64,000 nt of DNA from Candidatus Heimdallarchaeota archaeon (lineage in GTDB: Archaea; Asgardarchaeota; Heimdallarchaeia; Heimdallarchaeales; Heimdallarchaeaceae): the NCBI GenBank assembly GCA_021399345.1, contig JAAFKI010000094.1:57561-121560 (forward strand), in the 5' to 3' direction. This document shows positions 9,938 through 18,854 of the stretch, one piece after another; the first letter of the stretch is position 1, and every line of letters begins with the position of its first letter. Below the pieces are notes generated by a model that saw nothing but the letters and a program-made list of their open reading frames with translations, was not told the origin of the DNA and did not search any database. A program made the position numbers and the translations under genes.

Positions 9938-11647
9938 ATGACTAAAAAAGTGTTGATTGTTGGTGGAGTGGCTGGTGGAGCTTCAACTGCTGCAAGACTA
10001 AGAAGACTAGAAGAAACTACAGAAATAGTTATGCTAGAAAAAGGACCATTTGTATCTTTCGCAAATTGTGGATTACCATATTATGTGGGAAAAGTGATTA
10101 AAGAAAAAGAAACATTGGAAGTAATGAAACCTGGTGATTTCAGAACTAAATTCAATATTGATGTTAGAACTAACTCTGAAGTATTATCAATTAATAGAGA
10201 GAAAAAACAGGTTATTGTTAAGAATCATAAAACAGAAGAAGAATACTCTCTTGATTATGACAATCTAGTTTTATCTCCTGGAGCTGAATGTTTAAGACCC
10301 AATTTTAAAGGGATAAACGACGTTCCTGTATTTACATTAAGAAACATTCCAGATACCTTGGCTATAGAGGATTTCATAACAAAGAATAATCCAACTACAG
10401 CTGTTGTTATCGGTGGAGGATATGTTGGCTTAGAGATGGCAGAAAATCTTTCTTTTAGAGGAATAAGAGTATCTTTAATTGAACTTCTTGATCAAGTTAT
10501 GCCTACAATGGATAAAGATATGGCTCAATTTATAAACAATGAAATAGTATTGAACCGTATTCAACTTATTCTCGGTGATGGTGTTAAATCCTTTAGCAAA
10601 ACTAATTCAGGAAGTAAGAAATACATAGTTGCTACTCAAAGTGGGAAGAAATTAGAAACAGATTTGATTATTCTTTGTATTGGAGTAAGACCTCAAACTG
10701 AATTAGCTAAAGGTTGTGATCTAGAACTTACTGAACGTGGATATATTGTTGTTAATGACAATATGAAGACATCTGATCCTGCTATATATGCTGTAGGTGA
10801 TGCAATTCAAATTACCAACCTTATAACACATAAAAAAACTGCAGTACCTTTAGCTGGACCTGCAAATCGTCAGGGGAGAATTGCTGCTGATAACATAGCT
10901 GGAAGAGATTCAAAGTATAAGGGAGCATTAGGTACAGCAGTACTGCAAGTATTTAGTAAAACAGCTGCACAAACAGGTTTAACTGAAAGACAACTGAATG
11001 CCCTAGAAATAGAGTATGAAAAAATCTATGTTCATCCCAAAAACCATGCTGGGTATTATCCAGAAGCACAAGCTATAGCAATGAAATTGATTTTCGATAA
11101 GAAAAATGGAAAAATCTTGGGAGCTCAAGCTGTAGGAGGACCTGGAACTGAAAAAAGGATAGATGTATTATCAACTGTTATCTACTTCGGTGGAACAGTA
11201 TACGATTTACAAGATCTTGAATTGTGTTATGCTCCTCCATTTAGTTGCGCAAGAGATTGTGTTAACATGGCTGGTTTTGTTGCTTCTAATGTTCATTCTG
11301 GTGAAGTGAAGTTGTGTCAATGGAATGAAACTGAAGAACTCAAATCAAATGGAGGAATCATAGTAGATGTAAGACCACCTGAAACTTTTGAGGAAGGACA
11401 TATTGAAGATTCAATTAATATCCCCCTAGGTCAGCTAAGATCTAGACTAGATGAACTTCCAAAGGATAAACAAATTTGTGTGCATTGTCAAGTTGGATTT
11501 TCATCTTATCTTGCATACAGAATTCTTACTCAAAATGGTTTCAATGTGATTAACCTTACTGGTGGATATGATACATACCAAATCTCCAATTTACCACCTG
11601 GTGGTCATGTAGGGGAACTCAAACCCTTTTCAGATCAAGGTTGTTAA
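9938..11647 (+). CDS. CoA-disulfide/persulfide reductase with C-terminal rhodanese domain (CoADR-RHD/Npsr-like)
   Basis: GGVAGGAS, SFANCGLPY, GGGYVG, YAPPF and rhodanese HCQVG. ATG at 9938 is preceded by GGTGA; the track's TTG at 9917 is an alternative start. Confidence 0.9.
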   Translation: MTKKVLIVGGVAGGASTAARLRRLEETTEIVMLEKGPFVSFANCGLPYYVGKVIKEKETLEVMKPGDFRTKFNIDVRTNSEVLSINREKKQVIVKNHKTEEEYSLDYDNLVLSPGAECLRPNFKGINDVPVFTLRNIPDTLAIEDFITKNNPTTAVVIGGGYVGLEMAENLSFRGIRVSLIELLDQVMPTMDKDMAQFINNEIVLNRIQLILGDGVKSFSKTNSGSKKYIVATQSGKKLETDLIILCIGVRPQTELAKGCDLELTERGYIVVNDNMKTSDPAIYAVGDAIQITNLITHKKTAVPLAGPANRQGRIAADNIAGRDSKYKGALGTAVLQVFSKTAAQTGLTERQLNALEIEYEKIYVHPKNHAGYYPEAQAIAMKLIFDKKNGKILGAQAVGGPGTEKRIDVLSTVIYFGGTVYDLQDLELCYAPPFSCARDCVNMAGFVASNVHSGEVKLCQWNETEELKSNGGIIVDVRPPETFEEGHIEDSINIPLGQLRSRLDELPKDKQICVHCQVGFSSYLAYRILTQNGFNVINLTGGYDTYQISNLPPGGHVGELKPFSDQGC

Positions 11648-11718
11648 TTCAACCTTTACTTACTTTTTATTTTTCAAAGGAGAAGATTTTTGTATGAGCT
11701 AGCTTTGTCTCTATTGTC

Positions 11719-12702
11719 ATGGTAGGCATACTAGTTACAGGTGCATCTGGATGTACAGGAATAGGCGTTTTACACTACCTTAAGGCAAAAGGTTATTCCA
11801 ACATATATGGTATGGTAAGAAAAACTCCTCCAGATCCTTTACCAAATGTTAATTATGTAACTGGTGACTTAACAGATAAACAATCAATTATTAAAATTCT
11901 AAAAGAAAATGAAATTGACACAATCTGGCATCTTGCAGCTGCTGTTCACAGAAATGTTAAGAAAAGGAATTTTGCCAAAGTAAATTTTGAAGGAACGAAC
12001 AACATTATTCAAGCAGCTGTTGATTATGGAGTTAAGTCAATTGTTTTTGCAAGCACAACTGCTGTTTATGGAAAAATTATTGAGTCTCCAGCATCAGAAA
12101 ATCATCCAATCAAACCTAAAGGTCTTTATGCAAAATCAAAATTAAATGCTGAAGTTTTGATAAAACTGATGTGTGAAAAGAATGGGATTAAAGGAAGTAT
12201 CTTACGTATTCCTTTAATTTTGGGAAAACATGATCGTCATTTCTATCCAGTAATAAGAAAGTTGGTAAAAACAAATATCATGCCTATTTTAGGAGATACC
12301 ACACATGAAGTTTCAATAGTTCACCCATATGATATAGGTCAGGCTTTTGAGATTCTAAATCAAAATGGTAAAGAAGAAATTGAATGTTATAATATTGTTT
12401 CATGTAATAGATCATTCAAAGATTTGATACTAGTTATGGAGAAACATCTTGTTGGGAAAAAGAGATTCAAATATAATCTTCCTTACCCAATATTCTATGT
12501 AGGAGTTTGGATGTTTGAAAGGATTCACTGGTTCTTCTCACCAAGGAAGCAACCATTAATCAATCGTGAATATGCAAGAATGGTGGGGAAAGAATGGATT
12601 TTCGCTACTGATAAACTTGAGCAGTTAGGGTATACCCCCATGATGAATCTTGAAGAAATTGTAAAAGATACCGTTTTTGATGAAATATATCCTGTTCCAT
12701 AG
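11719..12702 (+). CDS. NAD-dependent epimerase/dehydratase (extended SDR)
   Basis: TGASGCTG, HLAA and YAKSK catalytic motif. Confidence 0.85.
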   Translation: MVGILVTGASGCTGIGVLHYLKAKGYSNIYGMVRKTPPDPLPNVNYVTGDLTDKQSIIKILKENEIDTIWHLAAAVHRNVKKRNFAKVNFEGTNNIIQAAVDYGVKSIVFASTTAVYGKIIESPASENHPIKPKGLYAKSKLNAEVLIKLMCEKNGIKGSILRIPLILGKHDRHFYPVIRKLVKTNIMPILGDTTHEVSIVHPYDIGQAFEILNQNGKEEIECYNIVSCNRSFKDLILVMEKHLVGKKRFKYNLPYPIFYVGVWMFERIHWFFSPRKQPLINREYARMVGKEWIFATDKLEQLGYTPMMNLEEIVKDTVFDEIYPVP

Positions 12703-12759
12703 AATAAACATATTTCTTACTCACAAAACTTTTGAAGAAGTCCAATAGATTCCATTTTA

Positions 12760-13644
12760 ATGAGTACTGAAATAATTTCTATTACAGAAGATTGTATAGG
12801 ATGTGGAAGCTGTTCAAATGTTTGTCCTAGATATGTTTTTGATATAGTTGATAAGAAAGCTGTAACTAATCAAAATCTGTTCCGATGTCATGACTGTGGC
12901 CATTGCATCTCTGTATGTTCGGAAAATGCGATAATTAATCACAGAATGATAGAAAAATCTTTGGATGAAGATTTCCCAAAGAAAGGAAAAACTTTATCTT
13001 ACGATCAAATCCTAGAAACAATTCGTCAAAGAAGATCTATTAGATATTTTTCAGATAAAAAAGTAACCAAAGAACAAATAAAACAGCTGATAGATTTAGG
13101 AAGATATGCTCCCACAGGACATAATGACAGAAAAGTTTCTTATACAATAATCAATGATAGAAAGGAACTTGAATATCTCCTTGATTCTATGATTGAACTT
13201 TTCAAGAAACTCAAAAAACAGCTGAATAGTATATTCTGGAATGTTCTTGCTGTGTTAGCTGGTAAAAAGAAATTCTTCGACAAAGCTAGGAAAAGTCTTT
13301 ATCGTTTAGAGAGCCATATTGAGCATTGGGAAAAAGGTATAGACAAAGTTCTACATTATTCATCTACTCTATTGCTGATTCATGCAGATAATGAGACTTC
13401 TTCTCCAATTGAAGATTGTAACATAGCTGCTCAGAATATCGCTCTAGGAGCAATAACTCTTGGTTTAGGTGCTACATTTATAGGTTATGTTCAAAAGAGT
13501 TGGGAGAATTCTAAGAGAATTAGAGCGATAATTAACCTACCAGATAAACATACTCTTCATGCTTGTTTAGCTGTAGGATATCCAAAAAATAATTACAGAA
13601 GATTAATTCCAAGACCAGTTGCAGAAGTAACTTACTTGAGATAG
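12760..13644 (+). CDS. Nitroreductase with N-terminal 2x[4Fe-4S] ferredoxin
   Basis: CIGCGSCSNVCP, CHDCGHCISVC, RRSIR, APTGHN and VGYP. Confidence 0.9.
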   Translation: MSTEIISITEDCIGCGSCSNVCPRYVFDIVDKKAVTNQNLFRCHDCGHCISVCSENAIINHRMIEKSLDEDFPKKGKTLSYDQILETIRQRRSIRYFSDKKVTKEQIKQLIDLGRYAPTGHNDRKVSYTIINDRKELEYLLDSMIELFKKLKKQLNSIFWNVLAVLAGKKKFFDKARKSLYRLESHIEHWEKGIDKVLHYSSTLLLIHADNETSSPIEDCNIAAQNIALGAITLGLGATFIGYVQKSWENSKRIRAIINLPDKHTLHACLAVGYPKNNYRRLIPRPVAEVTYLR

Positions 13645-13709
13645 AAACTTTGTACGTATCCATAAAAAGAGATAGATTTTAATAACACAATTAAAGCTTT
13701 TAAGGTGAT

Positions 13710-15548
13710 ATGTATTCTGTAGTGTGCGGATTTAGAAAAAAAATGATGATTTTGGTTTCGATTTGTTTAATACTGAGTATAATTATTAGTGTTAATGGTG
13801 AAGAGATAAATTTTTCGAGTCTTCTAACAAATCATCAGGATTCATACCAATTATCTTCTCTAGCACCTCATAGTGCAATTATAATTGAAAATGATGATAA
13901 TTTCACAGATTATGGTTTTGATGGAAATGGTTCTGAGAGTAATCCATACATAATTGAAAATTACAACATAACAGCTACAGGTTTAAGTGGTATATATGTA
14001 GGATTTACAGAGAAATACTTTGAGATTAGGAATTGTTTAATTGATAGCTCTTCATTAGGGATAAGATTCGAGTATGTAACTTCAGGAACTGGAGCAATTT
14101 ATAACAATACATTTGTGATTGGTCATGCTGATGGGATTCAAATTTTGAATTCAAATAACGTAACCATATCAAACAATACGTGTATTGGGAGATTTCTTGA
14201 CGAGGGAGATAATGGAGGTATAGTTATAGCTAGATCTCAATATTGTTTAATAGAAAATAATTCTGCATATAATAAAGGTATAAGGTTAATAGATTCATTT
14301 CATTGTATTGTAAGAAATAACAGTTTATACAACTGTGGATTATCTTTTCTTCGACCAACATATGCTCAGTGTTTTAGTCATACAATTGAGAATAATACTG
14401 TTAATGGAAAACAATTGGGGTATTTTATTGATCAAAATAGTATTCACATTCAAAATTCATCTTTTGGTCAAATTGTACTTGTAAATTGTGATAACTCAAT
14501 TATAGAAAACCAAAATATCTCAAAAACATTTAATGGGATTTCATTATTTTATACAGGAAATAGTTTCATTGGCAATAATACATGTAATAATAATATCGGG
14601 GATGGGATATATCTTTTCGAATCATCTGTAAACATTGTTCAAAACAACACATGTAAAGATAATCTTGAAAATGGTATTTTCTTTCATTTTTCAATCTGGA
14701 ACACTGCATCAAAAAATCAGTTAATTAGCAATGGTCATCATGGAATTTATCTAGTTTCAGCATCAGATTCATCTGTTTATGACAATTTGTGTATTTCGAA
14801 TTCATGGACAGGAATATATGGATTTTATGCTAGTTCTGCGTCCATAGAAAACAATCTATGTGTTGGTAGTGCATTATATGGAATAAGTTTGTATAATTCA
14901 CCATATTCGACAATATTGAATAACACCTGCTTATCAATCAGTAATCAAGGAATATTTTTACGAGCATCTGATGAAACCGATATAGCATTAAACAATGTAA
15001 CAAATAACGGTGCAAGTGGTATTGAAGTTCAAATTAGTAGATATATTCATATCTACAACAATTCTTGTTACAACAATAAATATGGTATAAGTGTTTGGGG
15101 GACAGATAGAATCATAATAGAAGCCAATTATATGATAAATAATAGCTTAAATGGAATACAGATTTATGATTCGAGTAAGTGTATTTTAACCTATAATCGT
15201 TTAGAAAATAATACTGAATATGGCGTTTATCTGTTCGATTCTTCAAGTTGTACGATCCATCACAATAATTTTGTAAACAACAATGAATCAACTTCTCAAG
15301 CTTACGATAGTGGAGGTTTATCTAACACTTGGTATGATATTTATACAGATGAAGGCAATTATTGGTCTGACCATCTAGGCTCAGGTTCCTATTTTATTGA
15401 CGGAGATTCTAGTTCCTTTGATCCTTATCCATTGGAAAGCCAAAGTATCCCTCAATTAAATGAATTTAGAATAATTTTGATTATTCCTTTTATTGTATTA
15501 TCTGCTATTGTTATCTTATTAGTTAGAAAGAAGAAAAAAACATATTGA
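13710..15548 (+). CDS. Secreted right-handed beta-helix (NosD/PbH1) protein with C-terminal membrane anchor
   Basis: Signal peptide, Asn-rich GI..xxNN repeats, SQAYD...GNYWSD...DPYPL, then TM plus RKKKK. Confidence 0.85.
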   Translation: MYSVVCGFRKKMMILVSICLILSIIISVNGEEINFSSLLTNHQDSYQLSSLAPHSAIIIENDDNFTDYGFDGNGSESNPYIIENYNITATGLSGIYVGFTEKYFEIRNCLIDSSSLGIRFEYVTSGTGAIYNNTFVIGHADGIQILNSNNVTISNNTCIGRFLDEGDNGGIVIARSQYCLIENNSAYNKGIRLIDSFHCIVRNNSLYNCGLSFLRPTYAQCFSHTIENNTVNGKQLGYFIDQNSIHIQNSSFGQIVLVNCDNSIIENQNISKTFNGISLFYTGNSFIGNNTCNNNIGDGIYLFESSVNIVQNNTCKDNLENGIFFHFSIWNTASKNQLISNGHHGIYLVSASDSSVYDNLCISNSWTGIYGFYASSASIENNLCVGSALYGISLYNSPYSTILNNTCLSISNQGIFLRASDETDIALNNVTNNGASGIEVQISRYIHIYNNSCYNNKYGISVWGTDRIIIEANYMINNSLNGIQIYDSSKCILTYNRLENNTEYGVYLFDSSSCTIHHNNFVNNNESTSQAYDSGGLSNTWYDIYTDEGNYWSDHLGSGSYFIDGDSSSFDPYPLESQSIPQLNEFRIILIIPFIVLSAIVILLVRKKKKTY

Positions 15549-15575
15549 TACGAAACAAACATGTTGATACGAAAC
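15541..15575. repeat. 16-bp direct repeat CATRTTGATACGAAAC x2
   Basis: Copies at 15541-15556 and 15560-15575 with one mismatch. Confidence 0.7.
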
Positions 15576-15649
15576 GTTCCTAGGCTTGAAAATAATTGGT
15601 ACTTACAACTAGCTAATAGCTAGATCTTTTCCTTTTTAGCAAATTATAT

Positions 15650-16249
15650 ATGTTCATTCTCACTATAGTACAATTCATGAAGCCTATAATTAAAAGATCT
15701 TTATCAATTTCTTTGTTATTGCTATGCATGTTATCATTATTCTTAACTTCAGTTCAAGCCGCATCAGAAACATTCCATTATGATACTGCCTCAGGTACTC
15801 TATATGATATCATCGCTACCATTGACTCAACTAAGGTAGAAGATGGAAACAATACTTTTCAAGTTGAGATAAAAATAACAGATTTAGGACCTAATTCAGT
15901 TTATATTCACGAAATAAAAGTTTTCTTCAGAATAGACCCCTACATCACAGATTATGGATCAACTACAGATAATCTGACAGCTAATGGTATGTCCAGCATT
16001 GCAACTTTGACATTTGAATATAACTCAACTTGGGGAAATGTTGAATTAGACATTTTGATTAAATTCCAAGAAGAAGTCTATCATGGGGAAGATTTGATAA
16101 CTCATTACTATGAAACAAATTGGATTTATATATTCACTCTAAAATCAGCAGCTGGAGCTAGCTGGTCATCAATATCACTAATTGTTGCGGTTGTTTCTTT
16201 AGGAAGTGGATGGTATATTCTAACTAAAAAACTTAAAATTAGAGCATAA
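15650..16249 (+). CDS. Hypothetical secreted, C-terminally anchored beta-rich protein
   Basis: Signal peptide ending SVQA, C-terminal TM and basic tail. Confidence 0.7.
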   Translation: MFILTIVQFMKPIIKRSLSISLLLLCMLSLFLTSVQAASETFHYDTASGTLYDIIATIDSTKVEDGNNTFQVEIKITDLGPNSVYIHEIKVFFRIDPYITDYGSTTDNLTANGMSSIATLTFEYNSTWGNVELDILIKFQEEVYHGEDLITHYYETNWIYIFTLKSAAGASWSSISLIVAVVSLGSGWYILTKKLKIRA

Positions 16250-16260
16250 TAATTCTGCTT

Positions 16261-17229
16261 CTATTTTCCATTTTTTAAAATGAAATTAACTAAATTTGCT
16301 ATTATAGAAGAATCAGATTCTGGATAGATAGTTATTTCTTCAGCTCTTTCTCTTCCTTTGACATTCAATTCAAGACGACCTTCGGAATTAACTGTACATG
16401 ATTCTATTGCAAAAATAGGTACAGCATAGGTATCCTTACCAGGTATCTTGAGGAAAAATCGTTTATTAGATATCCATAATGTACCTTTTTCACCAAAAAC
16501 GGTACCTTCAGCATGATGAATGGAATCTAAATAAAGAATGTTTTCTCCTTCAAGCTGTTGAATGTCAAGCATTTCTGTTGTAAGGGATCGATTGACTGAA
16601 GATAAAGCCATCAACTGATCTATTGTAGCTGCAAATAGAGGATCTTCAATTGAAACAAACTGAACTCTATCCACTTTATCAATGAGAATAATCATTCTAT
16701 GACGTGCAAAGGCTACTAAAGCGTCAGATATTCCTCCCACTCTATAGAAATTGTGAGAACTTTCAATTCCATCAACTTTAACCTTATTACCTGTAAAGAA
16801 TTTCTTAAACAAATTATCATCTTTTGCGAAAATATAAACAAAATCCTCAGTATTGAGTTTTTCAGTAAAGTTACCAGATGAATAAAAACCATACTTATGT
16901 GCGCTACCAGCTGTCTCATAAAACTGTTCTAATGCATCAGAAACATTCGTAGACGCTACTGTAAACTGTTTAAGAAATTCCTTAAATCTCTTGATAGGTT
17001 TGTCTGCAAAGTATATAGCGGGTTTTTTATTTTCATCTTTATACACAAAGCCTCTATTAGAGAGATCTTCTAAAACACCATAGATTTTTGCTTGAGGTAT
17101 TTTTGTTTCTTCTGCTAGTTTAGGTGCAGTAGCACTACCCATACGTACTATTTCTAAGAATGCTCTAGATTCATATTCTGATAATCCAAACAGCTTAAGA
17201 TTATCTACTAAATCGCTTTGTTTTGACAT
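16261..17229 (-). CDS. TrmB-family transcription regulator with C-terminal PH/GRAM-like domain
   Basis: N-terminal FGLSEYESRAF...KIPQAKIYGVLEDLSNRGFV (TrmB wHTH); C-terminal GTLWISNKRFF...VPIFAIESC. Confidence 0.8.
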   Translation of the reverse strand: MSKQSDLVDNLKLFGLSEYESRAFLEIVRMGSATAPKLAEETKIPQAKIYGVLEDLSNRGFVYKDENKKPAIYFADKPIKRFKEFLKQFTVASTNVSDALEQFYETAGSAHKYGFYSSGNFTEKLNTEDFVYIFAKDDNLFKKFFTGNKVKVDGIESSHNFYRVGGISDALVAFARHRMIILIDKVDRVQFVSIEDPLFAATIDQLMALSSVNRSLTTEMLDIQQLEGENILYLDSIHHAEGTVFGEKGTLWISNKRFFLKIPGKDTYAVPIFAIESCTVNSEGRLELNVKGRERAEEITIYPESDSSIIANLVNFILKNGK

Positions 17230-17274
17230 TCTAATTCTTCTTAGTTGTATAAGTTTATAAAGTTTGGTATTTAA

Positions 17275-17401
17275 TTACTACCGCGGTGGTTACAAAAGCA
17301 AATATTTATATATGTCTGCGATTAACTACTGTAGTAGTAACAAATAATTCGAGAGTTATAGTCCTCTAAGGGCAAACAAAAATTAACTATCTCGGTGGTA
17401 A
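17275..17401. promoter_or_regulatory. Three palindromic operators, consensus ACTAC-N4-GTRGT, around a TATA box
   Basis: ACTAC-CGCG-GTGGT at 17277-17290, ACTAC-TGTA-GTAGT at 17325-17338 and ACTAT-CTCG-GTGGT at 17386-17399; TTTATATA at 17305-17312. Confidence 0.75.
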
Positions 17402-17404
17402 AAA

Positions 17405-18811
17405 ATGGCAAAAACACGAATTTCATATCTGAACGGTCTGGCGATTGTTTGTATAGTCTTCATCAGTCTCTCAGTCGTTCCTGTTGGTGTAATTGCAGGT
17501 GTCGCGTTTAGTGAAGGTGGTTATAACAACCATGAATTCACTGTCGATCCTGAAGCAAATTATACATTCTTACTGAACATTGAAGGAGATCTAGTCTTCT
17601 ATTATGATATCTATGAATATCCTTTAAACACAAATGATTACGAGATTCATTTAGTGGATGAGACTGATTATTTAGATTGGAACTCTTCTGTAGATCCTCG
17701 TCCTGACAATGAACTTGTAATATATGGTGCAGATGAGAACTTTAAGTGGATAAGAACTTATGGTCAAGATAAATATCTCATATTCTACAATGATGATAAT
17801 GCAACCAGCTTAACTGTTGAACTTCATTACTTTACAGCTGATAGAGCTCTAATTATTGGTGGTTTAGCTGTAGGACTTATATTATCTACATTTACAACTA
17901 TTCTAGCTTTACATACAGTATTTTATCTTCTACGAATACTTATCTTCATACCCATTTTTGGTTTTAGATATACAAATGGTGATGATAGAAGAAAGGGTAG
18001 AGACAGAAGATATAGTTATGACTATAGGTCACCTCCTGCATCCCCAGCCGCTCCAGCAGCTCGTGCTGTTAAAGCTGCTCCAGCTGCCAAAGGTGTAAAA
18101 GCTGCACCTGCAGCCCCAGCTATTCCAGCTATTAGAAGAACTCCTACTGCTCCTATTAAAAGAGGTCCAGCTATCCAAAACATCTCTTCAACTTATGTTG
18201 TTGCTGGTCAAGCTAAAGAATATCCCAAAAGTGAACTCAAGAGATTCTTAGTTAAAACATGGGATTCAACTTCTATAGCTGAAAGAGTCTTAGTAGTTAT
18301 AGCCTTATTCTTCCTATTGACTGGAGCTGTTACAGGAACTTGGTATATAATTGTAGTATTTCCAATTACACTACTAGGCATATCTATCATAGTCTATTTT
18401 GCAGGTCGCAATAGACGAGAAAAACTCATTAGATTAGTTGAAAGTCACAAAGCAATCTACGTTACTGAAGCTGCAAGAATTCTAAGATCAGCTTCTGAAG
18501 TAATTCGCATGGATGCTTGGAAGATTATCAACCTTGGCCTTGGAACTATTGGTTTCGATACACAAAACAACATCTTATTTGACGCATCTCAAATTGATCC
18601 AAGTGAACTCCAAGATGTTTCTCCAGAAGCCAAGAAAATTCACGATGAGTTAGTAACTGAAGCTGCTGAAAAAGTAGATGTAAAAGAAGAAAAGAAAGTT
18701 GAGGAAGTTGTTGAAGGCGTAGAAGTTAAATGCCCATTCTGTGACAGCAATAACCCCCCTGACTCTTCATTCTGCATAAAATGTGGTGCAAGCTTAAAGC
18801 CTGCAAAATAA
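17405..18811 (+). CDS. Membrane protein with extracellular domain, Ala/Pro-rich repeat linker and C-terminal zinc ribbon
   Basis: Signal peptide, several TM segments, APAARAVKA-APAAKGVKA-APAAP, and CPFC...CIKC. Confidence 0.75.
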   Translation: MAKTRISYLNGLAIVCIVFISLSVVPVGVIAGVAFSEGGYNNHEFTVDPEANYTFLLNIEGDLVFYYDIYEYPLNTNDYEIHLVDETDYLDWNSSVDPRPDNELVIYGADENFKWIRTYGQDKYLIFYNDDNATSLTVELHYFTADRALIIGGLAVGLILSTFTTILALHTVFYLLRILIFIPIFGFRYTNGDDRRKGRDRRYSYDYRSPPASPAAPAARAVKAAPAAKGVKAAPAAPAIPAIRRTPTAPIKRGPAIQNISSTYVVAGQAKEYPKSELKRFLVKTWDSTSIAERVLVVIALFFLLTGAVTGTWYIIVVFPITLLGISIIVYFAGRNRREKLIRLVESHKAIYVTEAARILRSASEVIRMDAWKIINLGLGTIGFDTQNNILFDASQIDPSELQDVSPEAKKIHDELVTEAAEKVDVKEEKKVEEVVEGVEVKCPFCDSNNPPDSSFCIKCGASLKPAK

Positions 18812-18854
18812 CCTCTCTTTCTTCTTCTTTCCTCATTTTTTTATTTTTTTTGTT
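18812..18854 (+). terminator. Pyrimidine/oligo-T archaeal-type terminator between convergent genes
   Basis: Almost purely C/T 43-bp spacer with T8 runs. Confidence 0.55.

Noticed and set aside
11636-11647. TrxR-like GCUG selenoprotein tail on the CoADR
   Set aside because: The codon after Gly-Cys is TAA, not TGA
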